Assembly (NCBI GenBank): GCA_903813345.2
Contig: CAIIXF020000001.1
Span: 37,882,001-37,946,000, forward strand
Reading direction: 5' to 3'
DNA: 64,000 nucleotides
Origin: Owenia fusiformis
Taxonomy: Eukaryota
Below are positions 37,901 to 51,100 of this stretch, piece by piece. The notes beneath the pieces were generated by a model that saw nothing but the letters and a program-made list of their open reading frames with translations, ran no database searches and was not told the DNA's origin. Position 1 is the first letter of the stretch. The number at the start of each line of letters is the position of its first letter. The position numbers were made by a program, and so were the translations under genes.

Positions 37901-40900
37901 CGTTAGTTACCAAGAACTGTTATACTTTGGGGAAATTGAAAATTATGTTCAGTTCAGAAGTAAGTAATAGAAACTAGAGACGGTATAGAGTAACAAACCA
38001 CCCTGGGCTACTCCTTTATTCTGACAAAAACCAGATCTATACAATTTGTCTGTTTGGAAAGTCTATACAACATTTATTTTTTCAAATTTAATTTAAAGTT
38101 TGTTTAAAAAATAGATTTTTATATCGCGTTCGGTAATTAATTTTTTGGTTTCAGGTTTGGAGAAGATCTCACCTTGTTTTGTTTGGATGTGTATATATCT
38201 GGTTGCGCTATCTCCATTAGTTTTCATCATCAACTTTAGCTGTATGCGATAAAGCTACACAATCTCTTCAATAACGACCTTATCTTCCTTTGAGAAAGAT
38301 AACTTACTTAAAATATAACGTTTTCCATGTCGTTTCCCTCCAACTACAAATTGCTGTTAAATAATACATACTGATAGTTTTCCGGCGACTATTTTCAACT
38401 AATCGTGTGGTATATTTAGAATCTGAAGTGCTATATAAAAGTGAGATCGGTTCATTTCAATCATTTCACTTTAAATTCCAGTAATAAACAATTACTTTGT
38501 TCGAAATTCATTTGTTCTCATATGTTTTCTATTTTTGGTATTCTTTTAATAGTCCGTATTCTGTAACTGACACGGTGCCACTTATGTACAGCTTTGTGCA
38601 TATTTTTCATTGTTCCCACGGACCTATTATACAAATCTAATTGTAAAATTATTGGAGTTTAACAATTTTTCTGACTTCTTGTTAAATAAATTTGATTCTA
38701 AATCATATCTTACTTTGAAAGATAAACGAATCGAAGAGAATAACATTAACGCTATTTTGACTGAATAAAACCATATCTTACTTAGTAATTATCATTTAAA
38801 TTTTCTTTCAAAATTTCAGAGAAACAACTCGATGGCAATTAAGTTCAATAGCTTATTATTCAAACTTTATTTTGAAAAAGGAAATGTTCTCGTAAGTCTC
38901 TGCAACAAAACAAGAAACACTCCTGGCTTGGGCCGTTAACACCAACTCACTAACAACTTGAATACTGAATATAAGTTTTCTTGGCGCAATGTGCAACATA
39001 TAGTTTAAATGCATCCTGGGTATGTAAAACAATCGATTAAGAAATCATAATTTGGAACCCAATACTCAATATGAACATCGGCATATGTGAGGTTCATTGG
39101 TATTTGAGTTGGTCCTAAATTCGTCTAGGCTTTATAAAAGAGGCTTCATGTGGTAAGTGTTTAAAGTGTCCATACCCCAGCATCCGTGAACTAAAAAGAT
39201 AAACTTTTATGCAAAATATTTACCTCGGTCAGAATTTATCTGGTTATGTGTCAGAATGTCTTGACAAATTGATCAGTGTATTTGTAAATCTCGTTCATTT
39301 TCTGACTGAACTTTAATTGTTGAAATGTTTTAATTAATTGTAGTTTATCTTCAAGCTGTATTGACTTTGAATGCATAATATCTTTTTGGTTGTGTTAAAT
39401 TCAGAATGTTATCAATGGGAGTGACGGAATCATTTTCAATGGACTACATTCTCTCGTGGAAGTACAACAGTCTGCTTATGAAAATTTGACCGAAAATTAA
39501 GCATGTATGAAATGTTTTCTTGTTCTAAATGAGATGTTTTCTCTAGACGGGTTGTATAAATCAGCAGGTAGAGGTTTGGGCATGTAACGGCACATAGATC
39601 ATTGCAGGTTTTCACCAGCTCTAATTTGTCAGCCTACACCTGTCGCCTGGATGTTTCGCTTCCTTTCGCTTTGCTATTCTACAGAAGAAACTAAATTTCA
39701 ATTTGGTTTTACATGTTCGCAAAATCTTGAGAAACTTATCAAAGAGGAATAGAAACATTACGAGCATTGCATTTATTTCTCCATAAGTCTTTTTTACAAT
39801 TTTATTAATATAATGGATATGAGAGCAAAGTTTAATCCCATGCAAGTAAGGATCTTTGCTATTAATGGCTATTCGAACTATTATTTGAACTGGCATATTA
39901 TTAATACTTGATGATGTAACTGTTTAGCCGCCATATACAGCTACCAAGTAACAGTGGATTTTGGCCAGGGTACTTGGTTTGACCACCATGGTCTTTGTTT
40001 GTATGAGATAAGGTTACCTAGCAAATACACTAAATCAGCACACACATCAATTTACACAATGAATGACAACCTTTATTAAAATAAACAAAACAATTTATTA
40101 ATTTTTGAATTTATGAAATCTCCTTATGAGTATAATTTATTTTATTTGTATAAGCTAGGATCCATAATGAATAATGGTCTGATATGACGCCATGGGCCCA
40201 CAGTGACATTAACAAGGGTTAGAAGTCAAAATGTTTAGAGTAAACATCTGTTAGTTCGCACAAAACATAAAATGCGCATTTAGTAAAATCGTGGACATGT
40301 TGGCTTCCCTCTTGAGTTGGAAAGTGGACCGTTATGGTCATCGGGATAGCCAACAAAGGATGTATAGTCTAAATCTTTGCTGCGTATCATATGATGGCCA
40401 TTGGAATGGTAATACGATTCACATGGCCTTTAATAACCCCATTTGGATGGGTTATGTTTTGGTTATTTTGGTTTCTCTTTGAAACAGATTGACGCAAATT
40501 TCCGTCAGTTCTGCTATCGTATCCACTTTCCTGGCTGACATGTTCAATTAACAGTGATACACGTTTAACTAATGTTGCCTTATTGTTATCATATTATGGT
40601 AGTCCGACATAAACGGCTCTTATTATCTTATAAACATTTTGATATGACAAGATAGCCGAATGGTCAAACTTGGTGGATTTGAGATTATTTTGAACTGTAT
40701 GGAAACATATAATTTACTAAGACCTCTCTATATTGATTCTATGTAGTAAACATTCTGCCTGTATTTACATCTTGAGTTTCTAAGTGTTAATTCAAAACAG
40801 AGTTAGCTTCCCATGTTAAAACTTGAACGCTTAGTTCCGAATATACTTGAAATAAATGTTTCCAGAACTCATATAATAATCTTAGTCGTGTGTATAAAAT

Positions 40901-41736
40901 CTTGGATGAGTGACTCAACCCATAAGCCATCATCCTCACCATATGCTAGCCAAAAGAGTAGAACTATACTCATTTATTTATTGCAGAGCATTTTATGACT
41001 ACATACTTACGTCAGAATTGACTCATCAATGGAGATCAAGTCTGATAAACTACGTAGATGGTCAAAACAGCAATCTTAGCTGATCTCTAAAGTGGTAAAT
41101 GAGGATGAATACTTCAAACGGGGGATTCTGGCTTTTTTCTGTTGCCTACTCTACTGTTTCAATTCCCACTTTCAGGTTGTTTTATAAACAAAAAGGCTAT
41201 ATGCTCGATCATAAAACTCTGGTGGCACTTTAATAATTTGCTTGGTCTTGGGTGGAGTGCATTTCCAGACTTGTTCCAAATATTTAGATTCCTCAAATTA
41301 TACAGTAGTTAAATACATTAAATTCATAGATTTGTCTTCCTTCCCACTCAGGGTGTAACTAACTTTCTGGATTTGCCATTCTCTATTCCCCCAGAGAGTA
41401 TCGAGTATCCTTTACAGCACCCAAGTGGAAAACAATGTGGTTCTGGTAGCTATTTGCCAGTAAAGACCACCTCCGTATCATGCAGCACATATGCCATCAT
41501 AAATCTTTTACTATGACGCCCCATTACTCACCGACACACGCAAAAATAACAGTAAATTCCTGATATTCCACAGTGACACTGATGTTGTCCCATGAAATAA
41601 TTAATATCTGACAAAATTTAATGGATTTAATGAATGTTGATGAAAGCGTTGCTTCAGTGGATCGTTTGTTAACAGTAGTTTGAATATTTGTGTTTCAGGA
41701 TTAGTTCTACTGCCATTACTGCATGGTTGAAGGTTG

Positions 41737-44700
41737 ATGGACAGTGACACCAACTGGTCGGCAGCCACTAGCTCGCACGCTCAATCAGAGATTCAGCCAG
41801 CTCGATACGAAAGACCAGGGTCCTCACCGCGGGACCAACTTGTTATGCAGGAGAGACCTACTGCACAGAACGCATTGTATCCACTACCCAAAGAAGAAGT
41901 TCAGTGTTTCTTTGATCAGCTTAGTGAACCAAATCAGCCCATCCCCGCAAGCACCCTGGCTACCCTAGAAGACCGCAGTATGTTCCAGCAGCCAATGACG
42001 GTGGCTAGTCACGCCCCGCCTACCTACCACCACGAAGGTAGCAGCTATTTGCATTCAGCAGCAACCAACCCTGTCTACGTACCAACAACACGGGCTACAT
42101 TGGGATCCATGCTACCAATGCAATATATGAGCAATGGAACGGGACAAGGATCGCCACAGGGTTGGCCAACACAGGACAATGGCTATTCAACTGCCAGTAC
42201 CCATCCTTCCATGTCACCTAGATTTACGTTCCCTCCAACCCCAAGTCCCCCTGTCAGTTCTCCAAGCAGTCGCACTGACCCCAGTTACAGTGCACTTACA
42301 CGGCCTACAGGAATCAGCCCCTATGGTTACCCTGACATCTCTGCCTGGAGCAGCTACAACAACATGGCGTTGTCACCGCAGCAAGGTCTTCCAAGACGCC
42401 CCAGTGCAGGTAACAGAATCTTTGTTATAAAAAACTCACCATAAATATTAGTTTTGTAACCAGATAACATATTTTGAAATTCGTAATACGTTTTTGTGAA
42501 CAAACCTTACATTCTTTAACACTGTTAGTATTGGTGTTAGTTTCATATATCTGAACAAATACAATCGCTTTTATCTTTGCACGTGTGTAATGCTATGTTT
42601 TGCTCGGTAAGTGTGCATGCTTGGGGCAGTTGTCAGCCGACACAATACAGAGGCTGTGTTAGGGCTCCATGTCAAGCGGCAATATCCTGACTTCAGAGCG
42701 TACTTATCTTTCTAATATCTATACAAGATCTCCGCAATTAAGCTACACTTTCCTCTATCTCTCCCCTACAACAGCCTGGATTGTGTAAATGCCTTGTCCA
42801 GACGCGAGAGCCTACTTAAAATAAAAGTTCTTGCTATTTCAACTTGTTGCACCTCACAGATGAATGGCAGTTTTCCCATGATATATACATCAACTTCACG
42901 CTTACTTTGTGGAGTAACATGTTAAACGTTGCATCTCTGTTAGTCTGTATTCTGTTCCATCAGGTGATACATAAGTCAGGTGAATGCTTTTCTCATCATA
43001 AACGATTCTAGAATTTCATCTGTGGTTTGGTGTTCACTGTTCAGGTGTATCGAGTTAATGTTGAGTCATTTACTTTTCTCTTTGGACCTTGCTTCAAGAG
43101 ATTGCAAATTGTTGAAGTCATTTATTTTATTCTTTAAATCGCACACATTGAGAGTTGTAACCTCGGGGACTATTTATTTTGTTTCTCGTAAAGCATTTAC
43201 CAAATGTACTTCTCTTTGGTTTTGAGTTTTTACAGATGATGCTGTTGTGAGAAATAAGGCCTCCATTGTAAAGGTATATAATATGGCTATTAATATGGCA
43301 TAAATGAATAGTTCGCCAGCAGGATACTCTTGAGTAAAGTGACTCCAGATTTCAATCCGACCTCACTTTACTGAAACTCGACATAACCATTTGCATTCAA
43401 ACCATCCACAATTTAATATTTATTAAAAGCAGTTGTTTTTCAACTTCTCATATTGCGATCTTCTGTGTTACAGAAGAGTGTAAGATAATTTTTATTTATC
43501 ATCGAGCACGTGTTTTTCCCTAACGTTTTGTATATGTGAATTACACTTGATGGGCTCCGTTTCCGTCTGCATAATTTCTCTCTTAAGTTCCTGACACCTT
43601 TCCTTGCTTTGTTTGCCCTAAAACAATTGTTGTTTTTAACATATATCTTGTCGGCGGGTTTTAAGGAGGGACAATGTGAAACAAAGCTCCATTGTTTCCT
43701 GTTAACCAAGTAGTTGTTGATTGAATGTTCACGTATGCAGCCATTCCACTTGACTCTAATGCCTGCCAAAATAACGAAAATCATACGTACTTTATACACT
43801 GGCAATAAAAAATGTTATGGTTGAAATTCTAAAACTTAACAAAGCTAATGAGATGGATGTTTTGGTAGCCATATGTAAAACGGCGTCAGTCAACGCTAGG
43901 GAGTCTAAATATGGCCCCGCCCATAGACCTGGATGGTTTTATAATTGAATACCATGCTGGTTTGAGCACCAGTCGAAGTCTTAGAAGCATGCAACACTGC
44001 ATAATGATATGTTCATGATCCAAAATAATATAATATTATAGTCCCAGAAGCTTCAAGAATAACCTTATAGAAACTGCACTCGGAAAAAATCCATTGGTCT
44101 TCTTTACTTTTTGTAGTTTGCCTTATTCTAGTTTTGCATTTGAGGTGGAATATTTAGCGGAATTTATACTAAAACCTTCATTCTGGGTTTTTCACTTCTG
44201 CTGTCAGATTCCTGATTCGACTGGCATTAATTCCGAGTGAGCTATGTTTTCGGAATATGATATAAAGGAGAGTGTTCATTGATGATGACGTTAGTGACGG
44301 GACAGGTGAATCTAAGGAGTGAGCTATGGCTACGCAACTACGTTAATGTGCATGCTAGAAATTGTTTGTTGGTAAACTATTTTAATTGGTACTGGATGTA
44401 ATTAGTTATTGCGAGCCTGTCTTATCTCTTTGTGTTGATGGAGCGTTTGAGAGTATATCTGCAAATGCTCCAACGAAAACAGCACACTTCACTGCAGACG
44501 GGTTCCTATTGAAAATGTATCATGACAAATCACTCTCTTCGGGATGTTAGTAAGGATTTTGGACTGAAGATATGGAAGGTGCATCCTTTGAACACTGATA
44601 CGCTTCAGGAAGTGAAATTACATTTCTCAATGAAAATTTGGACATGGCGGATATGGTGTCTTCCAAGGATACATTTTTATTTTGTAATAGTGACAAAGGA

Positions 44701-47700
44701 AACAGAATTAATTGCTCATATAATCAAATAAACCAGATATGAGAAAATTTCAATTCTGTGACGATTAAGAAAAATGAGAGAGGGTATGGTTGTCACTAAT
44801 GAGAGACCATTACTGCCACCCTTGATGCACTTTGATGACAGGCTCACAGCAAGTTCTCTCTGGTGTTGAGTGGCTTACACCATGTCTATCAAACGCACAA
44901 TCTCAGCTAGAGAAACCTCCATACTGATATGTAATGTTTGTAAGTGTATATAAACATCTAATGAAATTGGTAAATAGGAAATATTTTAAGTTTCACAAGC
45001 TGTAAAGGACCGTCCATGACAAGTAAAATGACATTGAACATGTCAGGCGCATGATGATTGTTGATGTCAAAGTAAAACATACTGATTTATACTGGTCAGC
45101 TGTGATGCCCTGGACAAACAAGGGTAGAAATAATGGCCCGCGAAAAATGTTCTTCGGGAATGTTAACGTATTTGGTTATGAAGATTCGAGCCAGGTCAAT
45201 AACAAAACATGCGCCTCCTCCAGTTTTAGAGAGCTCGTGGTGAGAGGGGATTTGGTTGCTATGGGAGGGGGTTACGGTGCGTATTTCAGTGTTTCAGCAT
45301 CTGGCAATACTAGATGATAACCACACTAAACAAACACATGCTTGTAGTTTGTTTAAGCAATGTTGATGTTAGTAAGAAGCCAGCAATGTAGCTTGATATT
45401 CAAAGCGCGTGCCCATTATCAACTCTCACAGCGGCTTTATCAAAACGTTGATAACAAAGTGTGAAAGTTGCAATGGAGTTGTATGACTCGACATCCCAGG
45501 ACACTTTCTTTTTTATTGCTACAGAATGTGGCTTGTTGTTGGAGAGCATACTGGTGTCAGATGTATGGTTTATGTCGTGGTCTGGGGGATATAGGTTTCA
45601 GTTCATCGCTGTAGAGCACAGTGTCTCGACCACTAGAGTGTGATTGATGGGGTTGTTAAGAAACAAGTGTAGCAGCTTTATTCCGAGATTACATTTCCTA
45701 AACTGAAACCACACTGGACCAAACCTTTGAGCATACTTCAACATGACTCGTTTGCAGCTTCTCTGCTTACATCGTATATACTTTCATGGTCTTTCTTATT
45801 TACAAACCTACAAAGTTTTGTCTAAGCGTGTTTTGCATTTTCAAATCTGGGAAGTTATCTTTGAAAGTCAATCCTAGTTCAAATTGTCTTTGTAATTAAT
45901 GTTCAATTTTCTTAGACTAATCATCAACAATGGACTTTTTGTTGATATCAACATCTGACAAATAGCTTGTGGTAAAACATAATTTATGTCCTTTGACTTT
46001 CTGCTTAACTAAAGGCGTCAACGAGACTGTGTTAGTAGAAGTTTGATTATGCTGTAAACCTTAGCAAAATACACAGGAGGAAACTGCTTACACCAACCTT
46101 AATTAGACCGCTATGCCACTAACCTATATGTTTAATTACAATCTAATTAATGAATATAGCTGTTACACAAGACTCAGAAACACTTGAGAAATTCTCAGCA
46201 AGTTTCCGCAAGACTTGGAGGTATTCTGAAACCTGGTACCCAAATTAACAATGGGTTATTTAAACAAAGAGGTTGATGGGAATAAACTCAAACCTCTCCA
46301 CTGGAATGAGTAATTAACTTCAGAAGGCATTCTGGACAAAATACATTTAACTTACTATTGATATTAATCAACAAGTATACATCGTGAATTTAATCATACT
46401 TTTGTTAAAACATAAATTTTCAAATTCATCTATTTTATGTTTTGATTCAGTAACTTCATTTGGAATGGAATTATCGATTTCCAAATCAAATCTGATCTCC
46501 AAAAAATATTCTGCAGGTAGTATATTTTTATGTTAGTTTAGTTGATGTCATAAGCTGTTTATTTTATGCTTCAAACATAACACAAGAATTCCAGAATCGT
46601 AAATGTTGCTTGTAGTGGTTAGAGTGAGTATAAACAAGACCAGTTGAGATATGTTACACTCGATCCTCTAGACCATACCTTAGACCTACTTATATCCATG
46701 GACCTTAGAGAAAGATACACTGAGGAAATGTCTGGTTAAATGTTAGATCAGCATGAGATGAACTGTTCATAGGAGGCTAAGTAAACATACAGCAGGTCTC
46801 TCTCTAGGCTTCACTTACATATGAGATCCTTTTACACCTGTACCTGCATCAGCAGCAGCGTCTTGAAACGCATACCGACATCTTCCATTTTTACACATAA
46901 ATCATACACCTTAGTTATGCAGACAGAATCCAAGGTCATGAGAAAATCAAGAAAAGTCAAAATTGTCAGATAAGGCATCTATTCACCTGATCGGTATCTC
47001 TTGAGCACCTTGGCAACATCCGCCAATATGAAATACACAACTCCTTCCTCGTTTTGATCACAAGAGTAAACCCATGGCTCATCGAATGTGCAACATTTCA
47101 AAAATAAATTTAATCTAAACAAACTTGCAAGTTTCTGATACATGTTTCTTTAAAGTATGATCCCTTTGATGATTGTTGCTTCTCTTAGCGTATGTTGCTT
47201 TTCAGGTGTCTTATTTCACGTGGCAACATCACTGTGGAGATCGCCCATGCTGATAGAAGCACTGATATAGAAAGCAATAACACCTTAGATCTGCATGGGA
47301 AATATTCCTTTTGGTTGAACTACAAACACTATGTTTTTAGGTGCAATGGTGGTCTTTATACTTTCATCATGATTTATATGTTCTTTTTTACAGACTTTGA
47401 CATGCGATCATCGTTCATCTTTAGATTGATCACTGCTGTTAAATATATTGACTGAAGTCTGGTCATCTCCTTCAATTTTTACTTTTACGATGACTCCTTT
47501 GTCATGAAGTATTGAAAGTGATAATTTGTTTTCATATATTATACTTTCTGTTGATTAGAAGAGTCTGATTATTTCGCTGAGGGTCGGGAGTGTGTCAACT
47601 GTGGGGCTATCTCCACTCCTCTATGGCGACGAGATGGAACTGGGCATTATTTGTGCAACGCATGTGGCCTTTATAACAAGATGAATGGCATCAACCGACC

Positions 47701-49384
47701 CCTTATCAAACCCCAACGCCGTTTGGTAAGTGGTTTTATTACTAACCAGGCTGTATCCCTTTCTGCATTCAGACCCTGTTGTAGACCCATACGCCAGCAA
47801 ACACTTGGAGTGTGTCAGATGTCGGAGCGTCTTGTCATCAGCGTGGCCCCAAGAAGGAATGGAGTACATCCAATGTACTATGTGCGGACTCTACCAGCGC
47901 CTCAATGGCTTCAACCACGCCATGGCCAAGACCGGCCCCATCAGGAGCTCTAGGCTGGTCAGTCACAGTTTCTATCTTAGTAATAATCTTGCATGCAGAA
48001 AGGGAACGGCTTGGTCCTTATTTAATTAACGTCTATAATTGCATAGTCTGAAAAATGTACAAATGATAAGCTTAGTAAAATACTAAAATAATAGATAAAC
48101 TGTAACCTTATTTATCAGTTATCCGTACTTAATAATTACTATCAATTTTATATTCATAATTGTAATAACGTTCAACTTTATTGTTACAGTCTGCATCAAG
48201 AAGAGTCGGACTTTCCTGTGCAAACTGCCATACTTCACAAACCACATTATGGAGGCGAAACAATGAGGGAGAACCTGTATGCAATGCATGTGGCCTCTAT
48301 TATAAACTGCATGGGGTAAGTTAGTTAGTCACGTTAAAACGGCGTCCAGCTCATAGAAATCTAAGAGTTTGAAATATCATACATATCCTTACCAAGTATA
48401 AGACAGTATTTATTTCTAATGGTCGACTGAAAAAGATTATATCAATATTTTGAAAATACTTTCAGCTTACAAACCAAGACAATGTTAAGAACACTATGTT
48501 CAGTATTATATTAGTACATACATGCATAATTAATCTATAATGTATATGATATTGCAGGTCAATAGGCCATTGGCAATGAAGAAGGAAGGAATCCAAACGA
48601 GAAAGAGGAAACCAAAGAACATGGGAAAAGTCAGAAGCCCAATGAAGTCAGAACCGTCTTCAGGTATACTATTTAATAATACAAAGTCCTCCACGTCTTT
48701 AGCTATTTTAATATGATAATTTGTGTTATGATCTTTAAGAGTAATATGTACGGATCTAGATTTTTAGGCTTTTATATTTTCTAAAATGGGAATAGTTGGA
48801 ATAGTTTTTGGCATAGTTTTGATATCAGAGTACTTGTGGATTGATTCTTGCGTTATTCTTTGCTTTCTTAGTTTTGCTCTTGTGTTTTAGTCAAATTAAA
48901 TGCATTGTTTTGAATGTTATATTGCATTAGACCAAACTTAGAAATGAAATGCTATTTTAACCTTTACAATCATAATTTTAATTTGAACATGTCAGACAAA
49001 GTACACATTTTCAAAACGTGATTATTTTTGTTTTCAGATTTGAAGACCTCCGTTAGCTCACCATCAATGGGATCTCTGCACCAGGTCCATAATTCCCAGC
49101 AGAGTGCTGCATCAGCCATGTCCGTCATCCATAACACCGGCAACCACGGTCTCTCCGTTAACAACATGATGCTACCAGGCAATACTAACATAAGCACTCC
49201 AGATCATAGCCCTAATATAGGCAGTCCAGGTGCTGGTCTCAATCCGGCATCTCAAACTCAAAGTGTCTTCCCTACTCCCTCGCCTCCTAAAGCAGTTCCT
49301 GTCAAAATGGAGCCTGGAACTATTATGACACCCTCGCATCATGAAACTACCACCCTAAGCTCAGTCTCTGTGGGAGGAAATTGA
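41737..49384 (+). CDS. GATA4/5/6: GATA4/5/6-class (pannier/GATA4-like) transcription factor, paralogue B (about 472 aa)
   Basis: Exons 41737-42409, 47559-47725 (N-finger), 48190-48315 (C-finger), 48558-48663, 49038-49384; total 1419 nt in frame. 4/5/6 signatures: [51 protein letters not shown]. Confidence 0.95.
47773..47957 (+). CDS. Putative mutually exclusive exon encoding a divergent GATA-type zinc finger
   Basis: 185 nt, phase 1/0; acceptor TTTCTGCATTCAG, donor GTCAGT. Encodes [62 protein letters not shown] (C-X2-C-X17-C-X2-C). Lies 47 nt after the N-finger donor. Confidence 0.85.
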
Positions 49385-50065
49385 CAGACATGGTAGCTAT
49401 AGACGTGTGAGTAATGAACAGTGACTGAAATTCTGCATCTCTATGGTGCCATAAAATGATAGTCTTTATGGACAACATGACAATGTTGAAAGGGTCTTGG
49501 GGACAATATGGCGCTATCAAAAAGAAGGAATGTCAACTGAGACTATGGTCCGGCAGAGAAAACGTTATGCACCATCATGACAGTGACTACCTCGGGCTAG
49601 CATAAGACAGGGTGCAGTAATATATCATGAACTATGCCTGCAGATCTTGCCATTTTTATGTCACATTGGTGCCGATAACAAACGTGAATACAGTGATGTC
49701 AAGGCAGACATTGCATGACGAAATATGTCATGTTAATTCACTGTGATAACATTGTGTCTTGATTTTCTTGATTTCTAGCATCATGCTGAACAAGGAAAAT
49801 GTGTGATAGAGTGTGATAATATAGTCTTAGGAAAATTAAAATAGTACAATTGTGTGGTAACACCACCGCACAATACATACCATGAATAACTTCACAATTA
49901 TTCACTAATGATAATATCATAATGATGTTGTATTATAAACAATATTGGGATAGATTGAGTTCCGTTTAATTCATATTGTTTATAAAATCACATTATTTTG
50001 GGTTAAGGACATTTATATCAAAGTAGACTACATGACACTTAATTTTCATTCATTGTATTGTCTAA

Positions 50066-50561
50066 TGGCCTAGTCACATAGCCCGGCCGATGAGGTTCCG
50101 ATGAGCCAGCGATGCAATTTTCACCGAACTCGGCCGAACACCGGCCGGACACCGGCCGGACATCCGTGGCGTTTGTTGCTTAAAACCGCATCGGTGGCAG
50201 CTCGGTGAAATTTTAACTTCGGAGTTAAATTTCACCGGGCTCTCACCGAGCTCCCTCATCGCAGCCCCATCGTAACCACATCAGAACACACGTCGGCCGG
50301 TGCACTTCCGAGTATCGGTCGGTGTCCCGTGCATCTGAGACAACCAGAGGACGAGGTTTTTTTAACGGACACCGGCCGAGCTCCGACCGAGCTCCGGCCG
50401 ATGTGGGACAGAGCCTTGGAAAGTATAGTACCTGAAGATGTCCGGACGGAGTCCGTTCACGTCACCGAGCTCTGCTTCCGATGAGGAGAGCTCGGTGGCA
50501 CCAAAAAAATCCACCGAGCTCTACCGATGCCGGACATCGGCCGGGCTATGTGACTAGGCCA
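50066..50561. mobile_element. PIF/Harbinger-type MITE in the probable GATA-B 3' UTR
   Basis: Perfect 27-bp TIR TGGCCTAGTCACATAGCCCGGCCGATG; TAA TSD on both sides (50063-50065, 50562-50564); GC-rich. Confidence 0.9.
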
Positions 50562-50717
50562 TAACCAACTTCAAGTGCAATTTATCAAATCCAATATAAT
50601 CCTAGTCTATACTGCTGATTAAATTAAGTGCTGAAGTTCATAAGAGATGTTATTTCCATTTTACCTGTGATTTATTGGATATTATACAAGTTATATCCAC
50701 TTAATCGTACAAAATAT

Positions 50718-51100
50718 GACAGTGGTCACACTTAAATGAGTTGGATACCAATGGACTTGGTCTCCATAACATCAGTAAGATGAAAGTGGTTACCCTGTAG
50801 CTGACTTGTGTTCAAAACAGTGGTATTGGAATCCACAAAATTTCAACAAGATGAAAGTGGTCACCCAGTAAATGATTTGTGTTCAAATTACAGTAGTCTT
50901 GGCATCCACAAAATTTCAACAGGATGAAAGTGGTCACCCAGTAAAATTACAGTGGTCTTATTATCTACAAAATTTCAACAAGATGAAAGTGGTCACCCAG
51001 TAAATGATTTGTGTTCAAATTACAGTGGTCTTGGTATCCAAAAAATTGAAGGCTGAAAGTGGTTACCCTGTAAATGATTTGTGTTCAAAACCAGTGGTCT
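50718..51100 (+). repeat. Tandem repeat of about 70 bp (about 5 copies)
   Basis: Recurring AAGATGAAAGTGGTCACCCAGTAAATGATTTGTGTTCAAATTACAGTGGTCTTGGTATCCACAAAATTTCAAC. Confidence 0.85.

Noticed and set aside
32000..41600. Short ORFs in the GATA-B leader intron and other introns
   Set aside because: 60-120-aa AT-rich ORFs without domain patterns or splice-consistent chains; no tRNA or rRNA recognised anywhere in the window.
47651..47953. ORF-track protein running from the N-finger through the 47-nt spacer
   Set aside because: Intron read-through in the wrong frame for the alternative exon; ends at a premature stop.
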